A DNA stretch of 63,931 nucleotides, filler included, from Reclinomonas americana ATCC 50394 (Eukaryota): NCBI GenBank assembly GCA_048213135.1. It is 7 parts of 3 records of this genome, joined end to end, with 100 filler letters (N's around TTAATTAATTAA, not from the genome) between each part and the next. Parts side by side here need not be neighbours in the genome. Positions count along the whole stretch, not along the records: positions 9,935 to 23,367 come from PS015056.1; positions 23,468 to 41,209 come from PS015056.1; 5 more parts are not named here. The stretch is one strand, 5' to 3'. The position numbers and the translations under genes were made by a program. This document shows positions 16,601 to 36,556 of the stretch, one piece after another; position 1 is the stretch's first letter; every line of letters starts with the position of its first letter. The notes under the pieces were generated by a model. The model was given only the letters and a program-made list of their open reading frames with translations. It made no database searches and was not told the DNA's origin.

Positions 16601-19298
16601 ACACTTTCTTGTGCAGAGAGGCTGACTTTGAATGACAGAGTTGGCGCTGGACAGTAATCCAGTGGTGGAGCAACGGGCCTACCGACAGTACGTGCTGGAG
16701 AGACTACCGCGCTTGCGCCACCTGGATCTCAAGCGTGTCACTGATGAGGTGAGGATAGTGTTGAAGGTCACCAAGTGCTGTCGAAACACGGCATGTGACT
16801 GATTGCTTGTACGCAGGAACGAGTTGCCCTGGATGCGGATGCGAGGGCGGTTGAGGTTAGCTCTCTCTCTCTATTCTTCTCTCACGCACTCCTCGGTCTT
16901 TCTACACTTTCTTCTTCAACATGCAAGCTCTCCCTTCCAGATCTCTTCTTCCTTCTCCTCCTCCTCCTCACTATCCTTGTTCTCATTATTCTCTCTACTC
17001 CCTGCTTCTGTGCTGCTGATGCCTTCTATTGGTCTTCCCTCCTTCTTCTTTTTCTTCTTTTTCTTCTTTTCTTCTTCTTCTTCTTCTTCTCCTCCTCCTT
17101 TTCCTTCTCTCTCTCTCTCTCTCCGTTCTCATTCTCTCCATTCCCTGTCTCTGTGCTGTTGGCCTTCTACTTGTATTCCCTCCTCCTCCTCCCCTTTTCC
17201 TCCTCTTCTCTCCCTCTTCTTTCTCATCCTTTCCGTCATCTTCTTCTCCCTCTCTCTCATGACCCCCCACAGGCACCCTCCGTCGCTGCCATTCCAGTCG
17301 CCCTCGAGGAGATGGCGAGCGCCACTGCCAAATCGACGCTCATGATGCAGCGTCCGCGGTCAGCCACGGCAAGCTCACGGGAACCCAGTCCACAAGGAAG
17401 TCTAGCGGCTTTGTCTCAGCCAGCGCCACAGCCACCGCCAACACCACCACCTCCACTACCTGCATCGGCAGCACAGCCTGCTGCCGCCTCGCGCGCCTCA
17501 GCGGATCCACGACCGTCGCCATCGCAGAGTGCTTTGTTCAGTGTCACGCGACAGCCGGCGACGCCGGTGGTTGCCCAGGGCACCTCCTCTGCCGGCAGCA
17601 GTGGCAGCAGTGGTGGTGCGCAGGCCACCCGCCCTCCGCCAGTGACTCCACCCACCGAAGGTATCTCATCTCTCTCCTCGTTATTGCATCTCGTCGCATC
17701 ATGATGTTTTTGATGTGCACCAACAGGAGAAGGCGAATCCGATGTCGTGTCGTCGCCATCGACAAAACCAAAGATGCCACGAGTCAACACGGCTCCCGTG
17801 TTGCAGACGCCTGCCACTTGTGGTCAGTGGTGTTCATATGTCGCGCCATTCTTCGCCCCTCCTGAATTCTGTCACAGCAAATGCTGCCGACGACCGCGTC
17901 ATGCAGACCTCGTCGGTGGCGCAGGTCACCAGTGATTCACTCTTCATGTTGCGAAGCCCGCTTGTCGTTCTCGTGCGCATTTGAAAATGTTCCCTCACAG
18001 CACTCCAGTCAAGGAAATGCCGCCGATTTCCCCGAGACGCCCAAGTACCTCAACTGCATCAGCGTGACGCTGTCACATGTGGACTCGCAGGTCATCCTCA
18101 CGCACTTCCTGCCCAAGCTACGCCGCATGAGCAAGCTGCGCTCCATCACCTTTGTGTACAACCACATCACGTCGTTTGTCTTTTTCGAGCGGTGCGTCGT
18201 GCGCCACTGGCCTGCCACTCAGTCTTTTGTGTTGAGCTCACTTCCAGGGCCGCACACAGAGTGGCTGCCGTATTGTGTGGTGCGGGTGTTACGGCACCTG
18301 TGGTCGCATCATCCGCGTCCAATTCTGCTGCAGCCACGACGGGCACTGCGGCCACTGGTAATGCCAGCGTACCGGCGTCGTCGGCCACTGGGGGGAATTC
18401 GGGAGCCACAGCGGCGACTCCATCGTCCACAACGGCAACTGTGACTTCGACAACGGGTGCAGCAGGCGCTTCCGCCGGCGGCAGTGCATCAGGCTCCGGA
18501 ACTCCCGTGTCTGTCGGCACACCGATTGGTGGAGGTGCCGCCGGTACAGCAGCCGGCACGCCCTCCTCCTCCTCTGCTGCTGCTGCTGCTGGAGCTAGTG
18601 GTGGCGCACTTGCCACCAGTGCCAGCACTGCGGCAGCAGCAGCAGCAGCAGCAGCACCGGCGACGTGCTTGTTGACGACAATCAACGTGGAAAAGAATCC
18701 AGTTTGCCTTATGCGTTCTCTCTTCAGACCACTGATGGTGCACCACTTTGGCCCGACGCTGCTGTCGCTGAACGGATTGCCGGTCACGGAGGTGGACCAG
18801 AGGGCGGCACGAACCATGTTTGGTGAGGAGAGAGAGAGAGAGCATGCATATTTGGTGTGTGTCTGACATGTCTCGCGCACAGGCCGTGTGAAGAGAATCC
18901 CTCGAGCACGCAGCTCGTCGGGCCGTCAGCGCTTCGGAGGCGCCTCGAACAAGTCGGCCACTGTGGCGAGATCATGTTGCGCTTGCGGGATGCTGCTGTT
19001 GTTTCTCTTGTTGCTGTTTTTTTTCTCACGGAAACTGCGCGTGCGCGTGCGTTTTAGACGTGGGCAATGTGGTGTCGCACGCCACCGCAGTGGAGAGCAA
19101 GATTGCAGTTCTCAATGCCGAGTGGCCGCATGCCATTCGCCAGTTCATCAGGCAGGCGATTCTGGAGCACCGCGAGGGGCAGCCGTTGTTGCGGGAGATG
19201 CTAGAGGTGCGTGCGGGTGTGATTGCCCGTCGGTTTTGCCGAATCTGTTGCGGAGTGATTGTTTATTTCCTTCTGTTTTGCTGCACCAGACGCTGTGA
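13159..19298 (+). CDS. LRRC49: LRRC49-like leucine-rich-repeat protein (tubulin polyglutamylase complex subunit)
   Basis: Exons chain in frame from ATG 13159 (13159-13201, 13837-14077, 14740-14797, 14857-14932, 14992-15057, 15120-15313, 15872-16003, 16074-16212 ...) to TGA 19298. YRTPEEKSANPERLNIDRRNLT|NCPVLHGEERLKLLNYQNNLI, LIFLDLYNNQI, LRVLMLGKNRI and LRHLDLKRVTDEER match LRRC49 as I recall it. The low-complexity 5' exons are less certain. Confidence 0.85.
14140..14425. repeat. Intronic degenerate tandem repeat
   Basis: GTGGTCTTGTGAGTTGT and GTGGTCTTTGAGAGCAGTGG units recur several times. Confidence 0.65.
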
Positions 19299-19430
19299 CG
19301 ATAAGGAATGAACTATGAAACCTATGTTTATATTACTTTACATCGTGATGGTGTTTCTCTCTTTTTCTTGTTGCAATTGCACGCGCGCGCCATGAGCGTG
19401 CGGTGCGAATGGGTGGCGATCGATGCCGTA

Positions 19431-20752
19431 TTAGGGTGGTGGTGGTGGCGGCTGCAGTGGTGGCCGCGCCGCCAGTGATGACGGCAGTGTCGCCACGGCG
19501 TGTGGATTAGTCGTCAGCTGGTACGACGTGGGAAAGTGCGCGAGTGGCGCTGAAAAGTGCACAGGTGGGAGTGTTGGCGGCTGCGGCAATGCACCGCCGC
19601 CGCCGCCGCCCCCGCCCTGTAATGCGAACGGAGCCATGTCCGCCCTGAATCCACCCGCGTATGCTGCGTGTGGCGCTGCTGCTGAGGCTGCAAGGCAGAG
19701 GCAGTCAGGCATCCATTCACGCGCGCGTCACATCAAACACGGGAATCTCACCATTCAGCAGCAGATTCATGTGTGGCAGAGCATGTGCATGTGCAAACGA
19801 CGGCAGCATCTGCGGCTGCTGCTGCTGCTGCTGCTGCTGGTGATGGAAGCTCACCAATTGATGCAGCATGTTGAGCTCAGCCATGCTCGTGCCATGACCA
19901 GCGGCAAACGCGCTCTTGTTGGCGGGAAGCTGCAGTGGTGGCAGAGGCGGCGGCAGAGCCTCCTCCAGTGTCCGTGTCGCACTTGTTGTCGTCGTTGTCG
20001 TTGTCGTTGACGAGTGCACCCAGTCCTCCTCCACCGAATCTCTTCGATTCAACTCCGGCACCGTCTGCATCCTCCGCGGTGGTGCTCTCCTCGTCAACTG
20101 CTCCTCATCCTGTGCCATGCAAACAGCCAACAAACCGCACCCCATATTACAATGTCGGACATGGTAAGCGCGCACAAACAGGCGATTGGAAGGAATGAGA
20201 GGACGCACATCGCCGCTGAGCGTTGACTCCGCAGGAGGCACATCGCCCTCCTCTGTCGGCGTCGTCGAAGCATCGGCCTGAATCTTTCGGCGACGGTTCT
20301 CGAACCACGTCTGTGTGTGTTGCCCCGCGGGGTGAGTGGTAATGTGAACAGCATTGCGCGACCGAACAAGAATTCCGCACGAGACCTGAATTCTATTCAC
20401 AGTCGTATGCAGGCGCTTGGCTAGGCGCGTTTTCGTGTTGCGGTCGGGATATCTTCGGTGTGTGTACTCGGCCTCGAGAATGTCGAGCTGGAGGAGTCAG
20501 CCCGACACAATGTACAAATTAGGCAACCATCGACCGCGCGCCGGACTTGAGAGCGAGACAGACAGACAGACACACGCGCGTGTGTATGCATACCTCTGCT
20601 GTGCTGAAGCGACGGTATGAGCGGCGACGAGGCGTGGTCATGCCATCGGGAGCCGTCTGCATTTGGAGAGTGAGTCATGATGACTATGGCAGAGTGTGTG
20701 TCTCATGATCATGGAACGCAACGTAAATTGTCCATTGAAAGCTGTCTCCCAT
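19431..20752 (-). CDS. Homeodomain transcription factor
   Basis: Spliced product MGDSFQWTIY|TAPDGMTTPRRRSYRRFSTAE|LDILEAEYTHRRYPDRNTKTRLAKRLHTTVNRIQ|TWFENRRRKIQ is a complete homeodomain, followed by a Thr/Gln/Pro-rich tail ending at TAA 19431. Confidence 0.85.
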
Positions 20753-21849
20753 GAGCAAGTCGTGCACTGCGGTGTGTGTGAGAGAGAGACACAGTGCACG
20801 CGTGCTTGCATGCACGCGAGGAGGGAGAGAGAGAGAGAGAGCGAGACACGCACATAACAAAAAAAGCTGCACTGGTCGCTGGGGCGCGCTCTCTCACTGT
20901 CTGTCGTACGCACGCACACCCGCCTGCGCACGCACGCACACCCCACTCTCTCTCGCTCACTCGAGGAACTCCGCTTGGTGTGTGCTCTCTCCACACAGTC
21001 AAAACAGTGATTTTCTCTATTTTGCATAGAACTCCGGATGATGCAAGATCCACGGCCACCAAAACCACCGGAAAGAATCTGTGCCCGTATTCCGATTGGA
21101 CGTCGCTGTGGCGGAAAAAAAGTGTTGCGTGAGCAGCGGGTGGCGTGCTCGTGGCCCCGTCCTTCGGCGAGACGCATGGCAACTGGTATTCGTGTGTTTC
21201 TGGACTGCTGTTTGCAAGCGGCCACTCTGTGGCTGCCAAGATTAGCAAGTGTGACGTACGGGGATACACAAAGTATTTTTACAGGTCGATGTGCGTGAAT
21301 GTTGCGCATGTGTGTGTGTGTGCGCGCGCGCATGTACGCAACATCAATGCGATGACACGAGGGAGGACGCTCGCGCTGCTCCACAGTCTGCGAATGGAGA
21401 GCGTTCGTGTGTGAAGGGAGAGAGAGCGGGAGCAGGAGTGGGGGAAGGAGAGTCCGGCTGTCTAGATCGTGTTTACCTCCTTCGATAAGCGTGAAGCGAC
21501 CACACGCCGTTTTGGACATGACTTTGATCATGCTCGTGTCGTGAGACGTACGCGTGTCCAACTCGTGCGGGGTTTTCTTTCTGCCCTCCTCGCGACCAGC
21601 AGCGTTATCAGCACCGAACAATAGCGCAGCGATATCACGATGCACAACACGAATGACCAAAAGTGTCGAGTCATATGCATTCGTTCGCAAGTAAAGCGCT
21701 CTGGCGTGGGAAGCTTGATCAAAGTGGTGGACCTCATGGCCACTGCAGCTTGGACTGACGAACCAAGAGACGAATTCAGTGTTTACCAAGCGGCTGTCTT
21801 TGCTCGAGCTCGTCAGTCAACGTTGCTGTTTGGATTACAACAACAAATT

Positions 21850-21950
21850 CATTCACCAACAAACAAGCAACAGCTGTCTTGATGCAAGTTTAACCGTATC
21901 CAAAACATCAACACAGACACCAATCTTGAGGCAGCAGCAGGTTCCCTGTA
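21850..21950. repeat. Second copy of the dispersed repeat at about 1575-1665
   Basis: Direct sequence similarity in the same orientation. Confidence 0.7.
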
Positions 21951-22339
21951 CTCAACTACACCTCAGCTCCTGGCCGGACCTTGCTTGCACGTTGCCTGGC
22001 TTTGTTGGGTTTTCCTATGTGTTCTGACACCAACACCTCTTGCCATCTTTCTGCATTCCTTTTTGGAATTCGGCGTCATTAGCCATGCTTGTCATGAGCC
22101 ATGGTTTCTCTTGCAGAAACGCCAGCATTTGCCATCTCGACTTTTTCCTCGTTTTTTTTCCGTCACTCGATGGTGATCATCATGCAGCTGTGTTGCTGTC
22201 TGTATTCACATGTCAGGACCACCGTCCTCACAAACGCAGCGCCGAATCAGCCATACACCGATGCAGCAGCGCAAAACAGTCTCCACCAAACACCGTCGAC
22301 TCGCCTCGCCATCCACCTCCCGTGCCTCCGCCCTCTGCA

Positions 22340-22800
22340 TATATGATATGCGCGGTGGCTGTGGCTCCCGACGGTGAGCTGGTGGTCAGTGGCGACAATG
22401 TGGGTGTGATGAGGGTGTGGTCGACGCCGTGTGGTCTCGCGCGCTTGGAGCTTGTCGGTGCGCGTCATGCAATACACGTCGTGCAGAAGCGAAGTGACCC
22501 GCCAAACATTGCACCAGCGCGCCACTCTCCAGCGACCACACCACAGCATCAGCACGCCTGCTCACCACGTGCCGACCGTCGGGACAGCCATCACACTATC
22601 GTCGCCTTCCAACTCTTGCACCACATCACCACTCGCTGTCGACCACACCCGCACCGCGCCCTTTTGACCTCCACTTACCACTCACCAACGAACACACCAA
22701 TCACCACCCCGAGGCCGCCACCGCCACACACAGCACGCCCGCAGCATGCCCGCGCAACACTCGCACCTCTTCTCCACGCACCAGTGACCACGTGCAACCC
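22340..22800. pseudogene. Degenerate WD40-repeat fragments on both strands
   Basis: + strand: ICAVAVAPDGELVVSGDNVGVMRVWST. - strand: LRGHAAGVLCVAVAASG, SGGQKGAVRVWSTASGDVVQELEG and AVVWSLESGALVQCLAGH, linked by frameshifts with no usable splice sites. Confidence 0.5.
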
Positions 22801-23299
22801 ATCGCGCATGACAGTCACACACGCACAGTGTGGTCCTCCTCACTGGCACTGACTATTATCGAGCGACCATTGGGCGTGACTGCGACAAGAGTGCACGCAG
22901 TCAGTGTGCCTCATCCACCACAAGTCGCCAGTGACCACACACAAGCACGGTCTCATCGCAGCTGCTGATGAGGTGTGTGACATCGAGGGTGTGAGCGCAC
23001 AAGCAAGGCACTGACGAGAAGGGAGAAGAGCAGGACACACACGAGGACTTTTGCATTTCACATCACAATGAGCACGCCAACACCCTCGTCTCTCCGCGCA
23101 ATCACGCACTCTGCTGGTGCCGCAGCTGCCGGGCACTCGTCAGGAGAGGTGAAGAGCGCGCGTGGACTTACAGTGTCTCTCTGGTTGTCTTGTTCTTGAG
23201 ACTGCTCACTCTCGCACACTTTGGTTGTCTTCTTCTTCTTCTCCCTGTTCTTGGTCTTTTTCATCTCCTCTAACACACGCACTCACTCACTCACTCAGT

Positions 23300-23367
<68 letters not shown>

Positions 23368-23467
23368 NNNNNNNNNNNNNNNNNNNNNNNNNNNNNNNNN
23401 NNNNNNNNNNNTTAATTAATTAANNNNNNNNNNNNNNNNNNNNNNNNNNNNNNNNNNNNNNNNNNNN

Positions 23468-23517
<50 letters not shown>

Positions 23518-24348
23518 AAGGGAGAGACAAAGGGAGAGAGAGAAAGAGAGAGACAAAGAGAGAGAGAGACAGGAGAAGGAAAGGAGAGATCGGGAATCGG
23601 ACTCGCGCTCGCACTCACACACACACTGGGAGAGAACAGAGATCAAGGCACACTCGGAAGAGGGAGGCAGACGAACAGTTGGAGATAAGAGTGTGAGATC
23701 GAAGGGAGGGAGAGAAAGGGAACACGCGCACTCAAAGAGAGAGAGAGAGAGATCAAGACATATGGGGGGAGGGAGATAAATGGAAGGAGAGAACAGAGAG
23801 ACAGACAGAGCGAGAGAGATGAGCGCTTCAGTGGGGGAGTGTGCGAGAGAGAAAGAGCGACGGGAAGCTGGCACACGAACACACACGCACGCACACGCAC
23901 GCACGCACGCAGGCGCAGAGAGAGAAAGAGAGATCAAGACATAAGGGAAGAGGGAGACACAGGGAAGGAGAGAACAGAGAGACAGACAGACAGAGAGCGA
24001 GAGAGAGAGAGAGATGAGCGCTTCAATGGGGCAGTGTATGAGGGAACGAACGACGGGAAGGTGACACACGAACACGCACCCACGCACAGGGAGAGAAAGA
24101 GAGATCAAGGCAGAGTACGAAGGAAAGGAACAACAGAGAAAGAGAATGATACACAGATGCAGAGAAAAAAGATCAAGGCACACTGAGAAAGAATGACGTG
24201 AAGTAGGGAAGGGTGAGAGAATGACATCACACTCCCACACACGCGCACGCACGCATGTGCACGTTCACTTTGAGAGACAGGGACAGAGCAGGGGGAGAGG
24301 ATAAAAGTGATTGACTTGATTCACGCTCACACCCTTTCCCCCTTACAG

Positions 24349-26169
24349 CTCATCACCCACGACGACCTGCGCGCCTTCTGTCGCAAAAACGTCAACCTGA
24401 TGGAGAAGCGGTGTGTGATTCATTCCCTTGCAACCCATTCTCTCTTCCCTTCCTCGCTGATCCTCTCCCGCCCAGCACCGAACACTGGTTCTTCTTGGGC
24501 ATCAGCATGGCTCCGCTGTTGGCCATCGATAGCAGTCATGAGTTTGTGCGTGGACTGGCGCAGCTGCTGGAGGAGTACGAGTATTACTTTTCGAACGCGG
24601 CCGTGCAGGGAATGGTCTGTCAGCCCTATCCTGCATCTCGTCCTCTGTCTGCTTCTCATCTACGCGTGTCGCGCGCTGTAGAAACGATTCATGGCGTGGA
24701 CGTCGTCGGGTCACGTGGGTCCGGAGGAGATCAGGCCCACGATCCACAAGACCATGGGATCGGTGGTGTACGAGTTTCTCCGCACGCCCAACATTGTTGC
24801 GTTGTCGGTTGTTGTTCCTCGGCGATGCAAGACGCTCATACTATGTACGGGACAGCCGATCGAGCTCGATTTCTTGCAAGTGGTGGTGCCGCTGTGCGAG
24901 CTGCTCACCAGCGTGTATCAGCGCTTCATGGAGGAGCGGAATCCGTCGGCGACGCTGTTTGAGAATGTGTTGAGGCTCGATGCGAGGTTGAAGGTTGGTG
25001 GGAGGGGAAAAGGGGGAAAGGGAGAAGAGAGAGGATAGCGAGGAGGAGAAGGAGGGGGGGATGAGAGAGGATAGGGAAAGAGAAGCAAAAGGACGAGTTA
25101 GGGAGGATAAGAAAGAAGTCGACAGAAGGCTTGCAGGAGATTAAATAAGGGGCGAGATGAGATGAGATGGGAGAAGGAGGAGAGAGAGAGACGATCTGCG
25201 AGAAGAGAATAACGGAGAGCGAAGTTCGAGGAAGTGTGAGAGAGAAAATGACTGAGCGAAGCTGTCCTACCCAGCCTCTCTCTCTCTCATTTCTCTCTTC
25301 TCCTGAGCTGCGATGGAAGGAGAGAAAAAGAGGTGGGAATGAGGAGGGCGAGGGGAGAGTGGAAAGGGGACAGACAAGAGGGACGGTTGTGAGTCTCACT
25401 TATTCCTATCCTTTGCGTTCCCTCGTCCTGTCTCACTTCTCTGCTATCTACTCCTTAGGTTCGAAAGGATAGGAGGACAGAGATAGAATGAGAGGAGAAA
25501 TGGGGACGAGTCTCATATCGAATCCCCTCATGCCTATCCTTTCCTCTTTCCTCTTCCCATCTCTCTATTCTCTTCTCTCTACTCCTTAGCTCTGCGAGGG
25601 GAGAGAAGAGAACAGAGATGGGAAATGAGAGGAGAGATGGGAACGAGTCTCACTACGAATCCCCTCATGCCTATCCTGTCCCTTCCCTCTTCCCGTCTCT
25701 ATTTTCTCTTCTATCTACTCCTTAGCTTTGCGATAGGAGAAGAGTACAGAGATGTATCAGATGGGGCCGAGTCTCACACCGAATCCCCTTGATTCCCTTC
25801 CCTTCCCCTCCAATCGCAGCATCACTTTTTCGGCGCGCTGAGTCGCGACATCAACACCATCGCGCTGGCCAAGCTGCGGCAACAGCTGCAGTCGGTGGAC
25901 TCGTTGTTTGACTTTTGCGATCGCTTCGAGGCCCCCGTGTCGCTAACGGTGGAGGCGGCGCCGTACAGTTGCGTGCATCTCGTGTTGCCAGTTTTCTGTC
26001 TTGTTCTAACGTGACTGCAGGCGAACAAGTGGGCGAGTTGGTCTCGGACGACGACGACGATGAGGAGACCGACAGCTACATGGATGGAGACGGCGACGAG
26101 GTCGACGGCGTCGCACCCGCACAATCATCAATCACTGCAGCAGCTGCAGCAGCGGCGGCGGCGGAGTGA
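24349..26169 (+). CDS. Uncharacterised protein, 5'-partial, at least 6 exons
   Basis: GT-AG joined exons give ...MEKR|TEHWFFLGISMAPLL...LLEEYEYYF...YEFLRTPNI|PIELDFLQVVVPLCELLTSVYQRF...VLRLDARLK|HHFFG..., then an acidic tail and TGA 26169. It resembles a family of uncharacterised fungal/protist proteins from memory (not verified). Confidence 0.7.
25385..25800. repeat. Intronic tandem repeat (about 125-bp unit, 3 or more copies)
   Basis: GAGTCTCA...GAATCCCCT...CCTATCCT...TCTACTCCTTAG is repeated. Confidence 0.7.
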
Positions 26170-26599
26170 AATACTGGAATTGCTGAATGGAAGGGGTCCG
26201 CAGGTAGATGCACGAGCTCACTCGTCACCTTTAGGATCATGAGGCCCTGTTGCACATGCGGTGTGCTTGCGATGGACCTGCACTTTTCTCTGCAGTGCTC
26301 GACGGATGCGACGGATTCTGTTGCCGTGACGAGGAGCTTCTTCTTTGTCTCCTTTGGCTGCCGGTCACGAGCAGATTGACAGACTTGTCTCTGCGTGCAC
26401 TTCGTGAAGGTGCACGCGGAGAGCAGGTAGGGAGGTGGCCGCGTGCGGTGCGAGGAACAGAATCGCGCAGCACGTGCAGATGGAAGCACGATCCCCCGCG
26501 GCCTCGTATGCAGATCGCCGTGATGCGACCGTGATGTGACGAGCAGGAATTGAGGCACTCAGGTGGCAGGTAGCGCACTGGGAGACAAGACTTGCTTGC

Positions 26600-27090
26600 G
26601 TTCGAATCCTGAGGTGAAACTCATCGCTGCAGAAATCGAGGCACTGCTCAGATCGATGCAGGTGGCAGGAAGAGACGAACGTCAAGAATTGCATTTGTGT
26701 TTTGGTTCTGGTTGCTGTTGCGATCTGCAGGTGCAACTCGTTGCTGCAGACAAGAAGACTAGTGCTTGTTTGGATGTGTGAGATTGGTTGCTGTTGGCCT
26801 GCAGACAAACAGGTTGCTGCAGACAGGAAGACTGGTGCTTTTGTTGATGCTTCGGACCCGGTTGCTGTTTGCTGGTCTGCAGGTGAACGCATTGCATCTG
26901 GTGCTTCTGTTGCGTTTAGTTCTGGTTGCTGTTTGCTGGTCTGAGAGTGAAACGCAACAGCGCAGACAACGATTCTGGGCTTTGTGCTGATGCTTTAGAC
27001 TTGCTTGCTGCAGCAGACAAGAAGCCTGTTGTCTTTTTGCCGACATCTGGGATCCGGATCCGGAATTGTTTTTGTTGCTGTTGCATGCCT
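26600..27090. repeat. Degenerate intergenic tandem repeat upstream of the P4-ATPase
   Basis: Recurring TTGCTGCAGACAAGAAGACT and GGTTGCTGTTTGCTGGTCTG units. Confidence 0.55.
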
Positions 27091-27264
27091 CCCAACGCGA
27101 CTTGCAATTCCAACCCACGTCCCTCTCTCCTCACAAAACCACTTGTCACGTCGCACACTCGCACCCTAACTGACGACAAAACACGTGTCCCACACACGCT
27201 TATCGTCCCACACAACCTCCCCCCTCTCAACGCATCGACCACGCGAAGACCACGTGCACGCAAG

Positions 27265-35817
<8,553 letters not shown>

Positions 35818-36556
35818 ACCACACACAGTGGGAGTGTTTGTTGTCACACTCTCGTCAGTTTTTGAGATTTGTCGATTTTTCTCCCTTGTTCTGCACCACC
35901 ACCACCACTCTCAGTCGCTGTAGTAAACATTTGTATGTGTGCGGGCACATAGACAGATAGTGGGGGGTGGGTGGCAGCATTTTGGGCAGTGTGGGGAGGG
36001 GATTGGGATGCCATGGAGAAGTACGTTGAACTGATGTCTGTTGTGTGATGTTCTTTTCTCCTTCCTGTGCGGTGTTTGTGTGTTGTTCAGCCGCTGCTGT
36101 CGCCGAGTCCCACCTTGCGGAAAGCACGATTCCAAGAAACCGCAACACCCACTGTGCCCCCGTGAGTTCTTCTGTCGGGATAGCAGCAGAGAGAGTGACA
36201 GGGGGGAGAGTGCGGGGGAAGGAAAGAAGCTGTGTGAATCACGATGGACACTGACATGCGCGTATCGTCGACTGTGCAGTTGAGTCTGAATAGACGGAGC
36301 GAGGTGGACTACACCGCAGCGTACCAGCTGCTAATCTTCTTGGGGGCTAAATAAAACAATATGCTTTGTTCATCACACAACAAACGTGGAGTATTTTTAA
36401 TGCTCTCCAGCACTGGCGTGTGTGCCATCGCCTCATATCAACTATAACGCAGAGACATTGCTGTACATGCGCACACACACGCACAGGCCGGAGGAGGAGG
36501 AGGAGGAGGAGGAAGGAAGGAAACGAGAGACAACAAATTAGTGTCGAAACAGCATC

